Positions 20,756 to 29,789 of a stretch of DNA of 64,000 nt are shown here, piece by piece. The position numbers were made by a program, and so were the translations under genes. The notes under the pieces are model-generated. The model did no database searches and was not told the DNA's origin. It was given only the letters and a program-made list of their open reading frames with translations. Positions within the stretch are counted from its first letter, which is position 1. Each line of letters opens with the position of its first letter. The stretch lies in NCBI GenBank assembly GCA_951813545.1, contig OX638352.1:4867966-4931965 (forward strand). The letters are read 5' to 3'. This DNA comes from an uncultured Poribacteria bacterium. GTDB taxonomy: Bacteria; Poribacteria; WGA-4E; WGA-3G.

Positions 20756-20966
20756 TAGGAAGCCCTTATTTCAAAAATAGCTGCACGAAGAGTCAAGGTT
20801 AAGGTACACTGTTATACTTACAATTCATTATCGTGCTAACTGAAAAGCGTTTAGATTTATAGGACTTACGCAAGTTTCTGGTAAGCCTTTAGGTCCGCCC
20901 ACTGCTGGCGAGGTTTAAAACCTCGCCAGCAAAGCGGGCAGCGTAAGTTCAGACCAAATTTGGGTT

Positions 20967-21308
20967 TTAAGCGGATAGCCCTGAAACTGCAGCAGTCTCG
21001 TTGTCGAAACGTTCAAAGAGACTCACGAGTCGGCTCATAATAATCAAATTATTGATCTGTTTGCTGATATTGATGACCCCGACACGACCTTTTTTCCGCG
21101 CCACAGCTGCACGTGCTCCCATGAGCACACCAAGTCCTGTGCTGTCAACCCTATTGACGTGCGCGAAATTGATGAGGATGCGGGGTGTATCGGAAGCCTC
21201 TATCTGTGACGAGATCGCTTCCCATAATTCTGATGTTGAGGGTCCCATTATTTTTCCGTTTGGTTCCAAAATCGTGATTCCATTTTGTTGGCGTATTTTA
21301 GTGGTCAT
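20967..21308 (-). CDS. STAS-domain anti-sigma factor antagonist (SpoIIAA-like)
   Basis: 113 aa with a STAS-like pattern (ITILEPNGKIMG...INFAHVNRVDSTGLGVLMGA). Confidence 0.65.
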   Translation of the reverse strand: MTTKIRQQNGITILEPNGKIMGPSTSELWEAISSQIEASDTPRILINFAHVNRVDSTGLGVLMGARAAVARKKGRVGVINISKQINNLIIMSRLVSLFERFDNETAAVSGLSA

Positions 21309-21389
21309 GATTTATTCCTTTAAAACGAGTGGAAGTTTCGTTTGGTTTACAAGAGGTAACTTAGTGAAATTTAACATCCGTTGATTATA

Positions 21390-21425
21390 GTGACGCAACT
21401 TAGATCTCAAAAGGTTGCATTATTT
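21390..21425 (-). promoter_or_regulatory. Conserved ECF-type promoter motif, copy F, upstream of the STAS gene
   Basis: Minus strand reads AATAATGCAACC-ttttgagatctaagttg-CGTCAC, about 80 nt upstream of the STAS gene start at 21308. Confidence 0.4.
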
Positions 21426-21603
21426 TCAAAAATAGGATTGAGATCGGAAGTTTGTCGTAAAAATAGAGGGTATAATTGCAATTTTCTTTTATACTTCTTG
21501 AAATATGTGTTATAATTTGTATACAGACTTTTGGCACAGCTTACACGTCAAAACTTGCTATACAAAAGTTGGAACCACGACATGCGCAACGGGGAGGCAT
21601 AGC

Positions 21604-22425
21604 ATGGAACACCATATAACAGATGAACAGTGGGAACATTTTTCGGAAAACGGCTACGTGCGTATTGGACAAGTCGCAACGGATGCCGAACTCGAAAAAC
21701 TGCAAGAGCGGATGGATGACATCATGCTCGGCAAAGCACCCTTGGATTACGATCAAATCATGATGCAACTTGACCGGGAACCCGGCAAAAACTCGCCGGG
21801 ACCGCAATCTAAAGGGCATAAAGGGGCAACGTTGTTGTACCGGAAAATCCAGAACCTCGAACTCGATCCGGTTTTTTTAGAGTATCTCCAGAAACCGATT
21901 TTTGAAGAGGTCTGCACGAAAATCTACGGAGATGGGACTCCCGTCGCCTGCTTCCGGGCAATGTTTATGAATAAACCCGCATACGAGGGTACTCAACTCA
22001 CGTGGCATCAAGACAGGTGGAGGGATCTCGACCGCGACCCGCAGATTACGATTTATACCGCTTTAGATCCGGCAATGATTAAGAACGGCTGTGTGCATAT
22101 CATTCCGAAGTCGCATAGCAGGCTCATCAACCCTGAAAACGGCTCTGGTTTTCTAACGCAGGAACACATTGATGACATCGTCGCGAAGGCTACACCGCTC
22201 CCGATGGAGTTGAAAGCGGGAGAAGTGGTACTCCTCCATAACTGGATGCTGCACAGTTCCGGTACGAACGATACGGATATCCCGCGACGTGCGTTCAGCG
22301 TCTGCTATATGCATGGCGAGACGAAGTCGCATCATGGGCACGCCTTTACACGGGTGTTCGGCGATGGTGCGATCAGTGTCGCCGATTTATCGCAGTCTCA
22401 GCATGAAAGCCCCGTCGTTTATTAG
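21604..22425 (+). CDS. Phytanoyl-CoA dioxygenase (PhyH) family Fe(II)/2-oxoglutarate oxygenase
   Basis: Carries WHQDRW...D ... HIIPKSH ... HNWMLHSSGTN motifs. Start taken at MEHHITDEQ, preceded by GGGGAGG. Confidence 0.7.
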   Translation: MEHHITDEQWEHFSENGYVRIGQVATDAELEKLQERMDDIMLGKAPLDYDQIMMQLDREPGKNSPGPQSKGHKGATLLYRKIQNLELDPVFLEYLQKPIFEEVCTKIYGDGTPVACFRAMFMNKPAYEGTQLTWHQDRWRDLDRDPQITIYTALDPAMIKNGCVHIIPKSHSRLINPENGSGFLTQEHIDDIVAKATPLPMELKAGEVVLLHNWMLHSSGTNDTDIPRRAFSVCYMHGETKSHHGHAFTRVFGDGAISVADLSQSQHESPVVY

Positions 22426-22524
22426 GTTTCGGAGCAACCAGCAATCAGCAATCAGTAAAGCGTTCCTCGTTAAACGATAACCTCTTCTACTGACTGCTGA
22501 CAACTACTAAACAAGGAGAAAAAT

Positions 22525-23529
22525 ATGGCGAAGATTCGACTTGCCATGATTGGGTGTGGTGGGAACTCCTCAGGCCATGCCAGACGTATGAACGCAAATC
22601 CTGACGTGCAAATCGTCGGCACTTGCGATGTGAACACAGATATCGCCGAGGGTTATATTGATCGGAACTTGTCTGACCTCACTCCACGTCCCGGTGCTTA
22701 CGACGACATCGGCGCGATGCTGAAAGAAACATCACCGGATGCAGTGGTGATCTCTACACCGCACACGCTCCATTTTGAGCACGGCATGCAGGCACTTGAA
22801 GCCGGATGCCACGTGTTAATGGAAAAACCGATGGTCACATCTTCTAAAGATGCCTATACCCTCGCAGAGAAGGTTGAAGAGAGCGGATTAGTGCTCACTA
22901 TCGGCTACAATACGCCGTGCTCGCCAAACTTCTACTATACCCGAGAGGTCGTCCGAAACGGGGATCTCGGCAAGTTGGAATTGGTAATAGGCTATATTAC
23001 ACAAGGTTGGAAAGGTGGCACAACCGGAACGTGGCGGCAGGACCCGAAACTCTCCGGTGGCGGACAGGCTTATGATAGTGGCGCACACCTCCTCAACAGC
23101 CTCTGCTGGGCAGTCGAGTCAAAAGTCGCTGAGGTCTATGCCTACACGGATAATCATGACCGTGAGGTCGACATCAACTCCTCGATGAATGTCAAGTTTG
23201 AAAACGGTGTGCTCGCTGCGATGGCAGTGAGTGGGAATTGTCCAAGTCCGGGTGGCACGCACATGGCACTCGTCTTTGAGAACGGTCGGATTGAAATTGA
23301 TGGCTGGGGTGGCGGTTGGATTCGTGTTTGGAAAGGTGGCGAAGCATTAGATCCACCCCCTATCACAGATGATATGTCCGCTGGCTCACCTGATGATAAC
23401 TTCATCGATACCATCTTGGAAAGAGCCGAACCGCGGACAAACCCCATGAACGGGATTATCCAATCCGAATTGATGGATCTCATCTATGAATCCGCGGAGA
23501 CAGGAATCCCGGCGCGTCCAGAACGCTAA
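22525..23529 (+). CDS. Gfo/Idh/MocA family NAD(P)-dependent oxidoreductase
   Basis: The N-terminal Rossmann motif IRLAMIGCGGNSSGHA is typical of this family. Confidence 0.85.
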   Translation: MAKIRLAMIGCGGNSSGHARRMNANPDVQIVGTCDVNTDIAEGYIDRNLSDLTPRPGAYDDIGAMLKETSPDAVVISTPHTLHFEHGMQALEAGCHVLMEKPMVTSSKDAYTLAEKVEESGLVLTIGYNTPCSPNFYYTREVVRNGDLGKLELVIGYITQGWKGGTTGTWRQDPKLSGGGQAYDSGAHLLNSLCWAVESKVAEVYAYTDNHDREVDINSSMNVKFENGVLAAMAVSGNCPSPGGTHMALVFENGRIEIDGWGGGWIRVWKGGEALDPPPITDDMSAGSPDDNFIDTILERAEPRTNPMNGIIQSELMDLIYESAETGIPARPER

Positions 23530-23932
23530 AACGACAAGCGCGGTTTTTTAACCGTGCTTACCACACTTATGGTAAAATCTGTAAATAAGTAGACAGTTTT
23601 TCAGTAAGGGAAACCCTCACCGCCGCTGGCGAGGATTGTATCCTCGCCTTACCGTAATGTTGAAATAATTGTGAACTTTACCATAATTACTAAAGTTTGG
23701 ACAATTTTTACGCAATAAACATGCCGCCCCTACGGGGCTTAGCTGCCCGGGGGATGCCGTTTCTATAGACATACCGCCCCTACGGGGCTGCGTATCGGTG
23801 CATCAGCGTTTATTTTTCCGCGAGTTGCGTTTGTGTCTGTACCACTCAGAAAATCCGAGAATATGGTGGAAACAGAGCCTCATCTGCATAGAAACTGTCC
23901 AAACTTTAGTATAATTAAAAGGAGGAATTAAA

Positions 23933-24190
23933 ATGGAGTTTACTGTTAATTTAACAACAGAACAAATTATTGATTTTATCCAGCAGATTCCACCTGAAGA
24001 GAAAATTGCAGTACTTACTACGCTTGCCGAACAGGCGCACGCCGAACATGCCGACCAGATAAAGTATGGCGAAGCAAAGGTCCGTAAGGTATGCGCAGCG
24101 CGAGGATTAAATTGGGACGCTATGACCGAAGAGGAACGAATAGATTTTATTGACGATCTTGTTCATGAGGACAGGGAATGCAGCCGATAA
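23933..24190 (+). CDS. Small acidic hypothetical protein (85 aa)
   Basis: Strong RBS AAAGGAGGAATTAAAATG. It is flanked on both sides by paired (A/T)GCCGCCCCTACGGGGC hairpins and by an inverted 18-bp repeat. Confidence 0.4.
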   Translation: MEFTVNLTTEQIIDFIQQIPPEEKIAVLTTLAEQAHAEHADQIKYGEAKVRKVCAARGLNWDAMTEEERIDFIDDLVHEDRECSR

Positions 24191-24434
24191 AAAGGATTTG
24201 AACTGTCGAAGAAAACCGTTTAAGTGAATACAAATGCCGCCCCTACGGGGCTTGATTGTTATATTATACTTATTCTACACAGATACCGCCCCTACGGGGC
24301 TAAAGTGTTGGGTTTCACTCCAATATAGGAGTTCGAGTGAATAGAAACACTGTGGATCAAAGGATATTTCAACATCTAATACATTGCTCAACCCAACCTA
24401 CAAGGACCAGATTCCTATGTAGAACTTATTAAGG

Positions 24435-25607
24435 TTATACTTCTAACGTTGCCCCTTCAGGGCGTGGTGCTGTGGGTCGGATAGGCATTTTTTCGTAGGA
24501 ACGATACGCGAGTCCTGCCAAATGTGGTGTCTCAATTCGGATGTGTCCTTCTGCTCGCGAGTGCATAAGGGCATCGAGAACACCCGTCACGAGTAGCGTC
24601 CGTTCCACAGGATACTGTGGCTCTCCTGTCACGAACATCTCCTCAATGTTGAGACTCAAATAACTAAAATGTGCATGCGGTGGTCCGTTCTGTAAGTACA
24701 CCTCTGTGGCATACTGCGTATCTCCCGATTTTGCTGCATACGCGAAATCAGAGACGTAACCGTTCAACATCAACACTGCGGAGTGAAATCCATCGCTATG
24801 TTCCAACAGAAATGCCGTTGGATTTGGACAACCTTCGATGAACGTGCTATCGGGACGATTTTCAATTTCTGCACATGCCTTTTCAGCTAACTCAAGGGAC
24901 CACTTTCCAGATTCACCTGCCTCCCAGACCGATTCACCTTCCAAACATTGAATTGCCACAATTCCCGACTCACCTCCTTGCCGACGTTCAATCATACATT
25001 GCGATGTCTCAAGCGCATGGAAACCATAGGACTCCACACCACCATAGCCGATGCCGACAGCCGAATCCAACTCGGTATCAAGCGGATGTTCTAAAAAAGG
25101 GTTCCGCCAACCGAGCGGTAGTGAAGACCCTGCCATGAACGGCACATCAAGTGCTTTCGCGCGCTCATACATCCAGAGCGCATCAGCCCAATTGTAGGAG
25201 AGGTGTTTATCGCAGAAAACAGGCACCGACCTACCACTCGACGCGAAGACACCACAAATCTGCTCAAACATATAGCGGCGCGGATACATGTGTTGTTCAA
25301 ACTCGTTATACGGATAGTCGCCGTGCTCGCCAATCAATATCACACCATCGACAGCCAACTCATTCCCGCCAAGCGTCAATGCCTGCCGAATACTCGGATA
25401 GATAGGGACGTTGTGTTCCGCTGCCAAACCGACCCCGATGTCCCGACCGTCTACCTGATCCAGATAGATAGATACTAACTCCACACGAGGCATCTGATGT
25501 CCCGTATCTGTTGGGAAACCCTTCATGTACTTCGTAGCGATTACATCCGCATGCGAGTGCTGAAAATAGGTTGTGATGATTGCAGCAATTTTTTTCGGTG
25601 TCGCCAT
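24435..25607 (-). CDS. Hypothetical protein, no confident family assignment
   Basis: Long ORF with start taken at MATPKK (ATG at 25605-25607, preceded by GGAGAA). No recognisable motifs. Confidence 0.4.
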   Translation of the reverse strand: MATPKKIAAIITTYFQHSHADVIATKYMKGFPTDTGHQMPRVELVSIYLDQVDGRDIGVGLAAEHNVPIYPSIRQALTLGGNELAVDGVILIGEHGDYPYNEFEQHMYPRRYMFEQICGVFASSGRSVPVFCDKHLSYNWADALWMYERAKALDVPFMAGSSLPLGWRNPFLEHPLDTELDSAVGIGYGGVESYGFHALETSQCMIERRQGGESGIVAIQCLEGESVWEAGESGKWSLELAEKACAEIENRPDSTFIEGCPNPTAFLLEHSDGFHSAVLMLNGYVSDFAYAAKSGDTQYATEVYLQNGPPHAHFSYLSLNIEEMFVTGEPQYPVERTLLVTGVLDALMHSRAEGHIRIETPHLAGLAYRSYEKMPIRPTAPRPEGATLEV

Positions 25608-25696
25608 CTGATTCTCCATTTGTCCATCTACTGTGAATTCAGGTTGCGTATTTCGTTGGGTTTCACTTGCACTCAACCCAACCTACTAAGGCTGCG

Positions 25697-26572
25697 CTAT
25701 CTAACGATTTCGGTTCCGATTCCACCCTCTGTGAAGATTTCGAGCAGTAGAGAGTGTGGAATTCTACCATCAATAATATGCGTTTTGTAAACGCCGCCCA
25801 TAAGTGCCGTTGTGCAGGCATCCACTTTAGGGAGCATACCACCTGCGATGAAACCTTCGTCGATTAACTGATCCACTTCTCTCATATGAATCGTTGGCAT
25901 CAGCGATTCGGTATCCGAGAGGTCTCGGAGAATGCCGCGTGTATCGGTCAGTAGAATCAACTTCTCTGCTTGGAATGCGGATGCGATCTCACCAGCCATC
26001 GTATCGGCATTAATATTATAGGTTTGTCCCTCAACCCCGACCCCAATTGGCGCGATAACGGGGATATAATCGGCTTTGTCAAGCGTAGTGATCGACTCTG
26101 TGTTAACGCCGATAATTTTTCCCACGTATCCCAAGTCAACATCGATTTGATGCCCATCTTCACCGGTAATCTGCGTTTCTTGTTTCTCTGCGAGAATTAG
26201 GTTCGCGTCTTTTCCTGAGAGCCCAATCGCTTTTCCACCGTGTTGGTTGATACGAGACACAATCTCTTTGTTGATAAATCCAAGCACCATCTCAGCAATT
26301 TCAACTGTTTCTGCATCGGTTACACGCAGCCCTTGAACGAATTCCGGGACTTTTCCGACCTTGTCCATCCATGCGGTGATTCGTGGTCCGCCACCGTGAA
26401 CTATAATGGGTCGGATACCGACATATTTCATCAAAACGATGTCTTCCATAACGGAGTGGATAAGTGTCTCATCTTCCATTGCAGCACCGCCATATTTGAT
26501 GACAATGCGACGGTCGTAAAAGCGACGGATATAAGGTAAAGCCTCAATAAGAACTTCAGCAGTTCTGTTCAT
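25697..26572 (-). CDS. argB: Acetylglutamate kinase
   Basis: The N-terminus LIEALPYIRRFYDRRIVIKYGGAAM and GGGPRI motifs match NAGK across its full length. Confidence 0.85.
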   Translation of the reverse strand: MNRTAEVLIEALPYIRRFYDRRIVIKYGGAAMEDETLIHSVMEDIVLMKYVGIRPIIVHGGGPRITAWMDKVGKVPEFVQGLRVTDAETVEIAEMVLGFINKEIVSRINQHGGKAIGLSGKDANLILAEKQETQITGEDGHQIDVDLGYVGKIIGVNTESITTLDKADYIPVIAPIGVGVEGQTYNINADTMAGEIASAFQAEKLILLTDTRGILRDLSDTESLMPTIHMREVDQLIDEGFIAGGMLPKVDACTTALMGGVYKTHIIDGRIPHSLLLEIFTEGGIGTEIVR

Positions 26573-26701
26573 GTTTGTTCGTCTTATCCTCTATTTTTTT
26601 AATTGAAAGTGGCGTATAATAATAGACATTATAACGATTTAATTGTAAGTTTAGTTGGTCTATGGTAAAATCAGAAGAAATCCTATTTTGGAGACCCACT
26701 G

Positions 26702-27142
26702 ATGACCCGTTATGAAATACTGAAAGATAAACCGAAACGATTCTTGTCGTTGACAGGTTATACACTCGAAGAGTTTTCAGCACTTCTTGCGTCCTTTTCC
26801 AAGCGATTTCTGGCGTTCGTAGAAACACAGACGCTTGATGGCAAACACCGAAAGAAACGTCGGTATACTCTCTATAAGAACAGTTGCTTACCGTCTCACG
26901 AGGATCACTTACTTTTTATTTTGATATACCTCCGAAAAGCGATGACGCAAGATGTGCTTGGTGAACTTTTTGGGATGTCTCCACCCGTCGCTAACAAATG
27001 GATTCATAGGCTCTTGCCTGTGTTGAACTCTGCTCTGGCAGACCTTGAAGCGTTGCCATCACGGGAAGCAGTCGCTTCAACTGTTGACGCATCGCCGCAG
27101 ACTTCAACAGATCGTCAAGATTCAAGTCTCTTTTTTTCATGA
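26702..27142 (+). CDS. IS5-family transposase N-terminal (HTH) part, orfA
   Basis: KPKRFLSLTGYTLEEFSALL...FGMSPPVANKWIHRL matches the HTH_Tnp_4-like N-terminus. Confidence 0.6.
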   Translation: MTRYEILKDKPKRFLSLTGYTLEEFSALLASFSKRFLAFVETQTLDGKHRKKRRYTLYKNSCLPSHEDHLLFILIYLRKAMTQDVLGELFGMSPPVANKWIHRLLPVLNSALADLEALPSREAVASTVDASPQTSTDRQDSSLFFS

Positions 27143-27650
27143 TGGTACGGAGCGTCCGATTCAGCGTCCAAAAGACCGAGAAGCACAGCAGGCCTATTAT
27201 AGTGGTAAAAAGAAGCAACACACCCTCAAGAATAACCTGCTGATCAATGCGGATAGCAAAGTGTTGTTATTGACCCCCTCCTATGAAGGCAGGATACATG
27301 ACAAGCGCATTGCTGATATGACGGTCTATCTCCTGCCAGAGGGCAGTTGTTTGTATCAAGATTCAGGCTTTCAAGGTTTTTCGGTTCCGGGTGTGAAGAT
27401 GATTCAACCTATGAAGAAACCGAAAAGTCGAGACCTGACGGATCAAGAGAAAGCGAAGAATCGTGAGATTTCATCCATCCGCATCCGCATTGAACATGCT
27501 ATTAGGGGTATCAAAAGATACCGGATCGTCAAAGATAAGTTGCGCACCTCTAAAAAAGGGTTTGCCGATTTAGTTATGGAAACTTGTTGTGGGTTACACA
27601 ACTTTAGGTTAAACTTCAGACCTTGGGTCTATCCCGAACTTCAACATTAA
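27045..27650 (+). CDS. IS5-family transposase DDE catalytic part, orfB (frameshifted relative to orfA)
   Basis: Matches the DDE_Tnp_4-like core (YYSGKKKQHTLKNNLLINADSKVLLLTPSYEGRIHDKRI...). Confidence 0.6.
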   Translation: MKRCHHGKQSLQLLTHRRRLQQIVKIQVSFFHDGTERPIQRPKDREAQQAYYSGKKKQHTLKNNLLINADSKVLLLTPSYEGRIHDKRIADMTVYLLPEGSCLYQDSGFQGFSVPGVKMIQPMKKPKSRDLTDQEKAKNREISSIRIRIEHAIRGIKRYRIVKDKLRTSKKGFADLVMETCCGLHNFRLNFRPWVYPELQH

Positions 27651-27894
27651 ATTGTTATAATGTCTAATATATGATACGTGAAGCCTATGGGTTTGTCAAA
27701 TTAAAAGTAGTTGACGGTTGGCTGTCGGTCGTCAAGAGTCGGCGGTCGCTTAGTGGATTAGACGATTGGTTAAAGAAGATAGACGAGGTTAGAAACCTCG
27801 CCTACCAATAACAGGGGAAAAAAGTAACATAATGCAAATATCAGCACAGATTTCACATTTTCACGGGGTAGGTATCCCTTTTGAGGTATGCGAG

Positions 27895-28923
27895 ATGTCT
27901 GTGACTACCACTTCAAATGATGTTCTTGTTCGTGTTTCACTCGCAACCATCTGTGGTTCCGATCTCCACACAGTATCAGGTCGTCGCGGTGCGGAAACGC
28001 CATGTGTACTCGGACACGAAATCGTCGGTACTATTGCAGCACCAACATCTATCCGTTCCGCAACTGGAGAAGCACTACGCGAGGGCGACCGAATTACGTG
28101 GAGCCTTACAACCTCCTGTGGAACCTGTGACTACTGTATGAATCGGAGCCTCCCACAGAAATGCGAAACGATGTTCAAATACGGGCATGCCCGGAGTGAA
28201 GGTACCACCGCTTTCTCTGGAGGGTTCGCCACACATATCTTACTCCGTCCCGGGACAGCCATCTACCACCTTCCTGATGCTATGACGGACGAGGAAGCGG
28301 TCCCTATTAACTGTGCACTTGCGACTGTGGTAAACGGCTTGACAACTATCGGGACACACCCGGGTGAGACTGCTGTCATCCACGGCGCTGGTATGTTAGG
28401 AATCTATGCAACATGTTATCTGCGAGAGAAGGAATATGAGAACGTTGCAGTCGTGGATACCAATGAGAGCCGTTTGCAAACCGCTGAACGCTTCGGTGCG
28501 ACACATACTTTCAACCCGGATAAGACATCTGTTGCGGAGATTGACGCAGCACTAAAAGAAGTGACAAACGGAAGGGGTGCCGACCTTGGCGTGGAGGTTA
28601 GCGGTGCTACAATTGGGATTCCGAATCTGGTTACGTGGTTAGCGATCGGTGGAAGATGTGTAACGCTTGGCTACGTCTATCCAAACGCGGATATCTCTGT
28701 TGATGCTCACCAGCTCGTTACAAAGTGTGTGACACTCCGAGGCGTTCATAACTATCACCATACTGCTCTCGGAGCATCGCTTCGCTTTGTCGAAGAAAAT
28801 CGGACGCGCTATCCGTTTGCAGAACTCGTCGAAGAGACGTATCAATTAGCGGACATCAACACCGCATTTGAACATGCGATGCGCCAAGAGGCGGTCCGTA
28901 TCGCTATTGCGCCATTTTTATAA
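27895..28923 (+). CDS. Zinc-dependent alcohol dehydrogenase (MDR superfamily)
   Basis: Has the catalytic Zn motif CGSDLH...GHE, the structural Zn Cys cluster CGTCDYC, and a GAGMLG Rossmann motif. Confidence 0.8.
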   Translation: MSVTTTSNDVLVRVSLATICGSDLHTVSGRRGAETPCVLGHEIVGTIAAPTSIRSATGEALREGDRITWSLTTSCGTCDYCMNRSLPQKCETMFKYGHARSEGTTAFSGGFATHILLRPGTAIYHLPDAMTDEEAVPINCALATVVNGLTTIGTHPGETAVIHGAGMLGIYATCYLREKEYENVAVVDTNESRLQTAERFGATHTFNPDKTSVAEIDAALKEVTNGRGADLGVEVSGATIGIPNLVTWLAIGGRCVTLGYVYPNADISVDAHQLVTKCVTLRGVHNYHHTALGASLRFVEENRTRYPFAELVEETYQLADINTAFEHAMRQEAVRIAIAPFL

Positions 28924-29026
28924 GAGTTGGGATTTGGATTCAGTTCTCACGGAAAAGTTGTCGTCAGTCAACAATCAGTAGATGGGGTATAGATCACAAG
29001 CTAACATTTTGTGGTCCAGAAGAAAA

Positions 29027-29482
29027 TTATTCAATTAGGGAGACAGCAAGGTTATTTGGCAGGATTAATTGTTTGTCCGTTAAGAGGTAAAAACGCATTT
29101 CTTGTATCTGTATACCGCTTTGAGGTACTCTGGCTGTAAAACGCATGTTAATATAATACGCTGGGATTAAAACTTGTTTGTAGAGCGTTTCAGTAGATTT
29201 ACCGGGTATGATAGTGCGCTTTTTATTTGCGACCATCGTAGGATAATTCGCGATGGTATATTCAAAACGCCCTAAGCGAAAAGACTTGGGATCGTGCAGG
29301 ACTTCATCCAGATACGCCCCAATTATCGGATGCATATCATTTTCAAATTGGTTTTTGAAAAGCTCTTTAGCCGCTTCGAGTTGTTGAATATCACCTGCTG
29401 TGTGGACAGGTATTGTTGTTCCGGCACAACTGATGAACATCGAGAAAGTAATGCAAATAATCAAAAAAATAAAAAATCTCAT
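29027..29482 (-). CDS. Putative lipoprotein
   Basis: Start taken at MRFFIFLIICITFSMFISCAG, a lipobox-like signal, preceded by AGGAGA. Confidence 0.4.
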   Translation of the reverse strand: MRFFIFLIICITFSMFISCAGTTIPVHTAGDIQQLEAAKELFKNQFENDMHPIIGAYLDEVLHDPKSFRLGRFEYTIANYPTMVANKKRTIIPGKSTETLYKQVLIPAYYINMRFTARVPQSGIQIQEMRFYLLTDKQLILPNNLAVSLIE

Positions 29483-29789
29483 GGAGTCTCCTGCGAAAGT
29501 CGTTTTGAGATAGTATAGCACAATTACCAAAAAAGAGCATTTGTTATGTCCGTTCTTAGCAGGATCATTTAGTTTTAGATAAATCATCGGATTTTCTAAA
29601 TCTTTGGTTTTCTTTTTCAAACCCGGTGCGGTTGCAAACCGCACCTACCGGGCCCAGGGGCAAAATTGGGCTAAAAAACCGAAAACTAAATAGCCCTGCC
29701 GTTTTTAGTGTCCATCCCCAGCAATGGGTAGGGAATCTTGGATGGGAACACTCCGCTTATCAACGGACTTTCGGCATTCCCTCCTACAG

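Larger units (their letters stand above)
26624..27665 (+). mobile_element. IS5-family (DDE_Tnp_4/Harbinger-like) insertion sequence (~1.04 kb) with 21-22 bp TIRs and a two-ORF transposase
   Basis: Left TIR agacattataacgatttaattg (26624-26645) and right TIR cattaaattgttataatgtct (27645-27665) are reverse complements at 20/21 positions. ORFs 26702..27142 (HTH N-terminus) and 27045..27650 (DDE core) overlap around a T7 run near 27125-27131. Confidence 0.65.
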
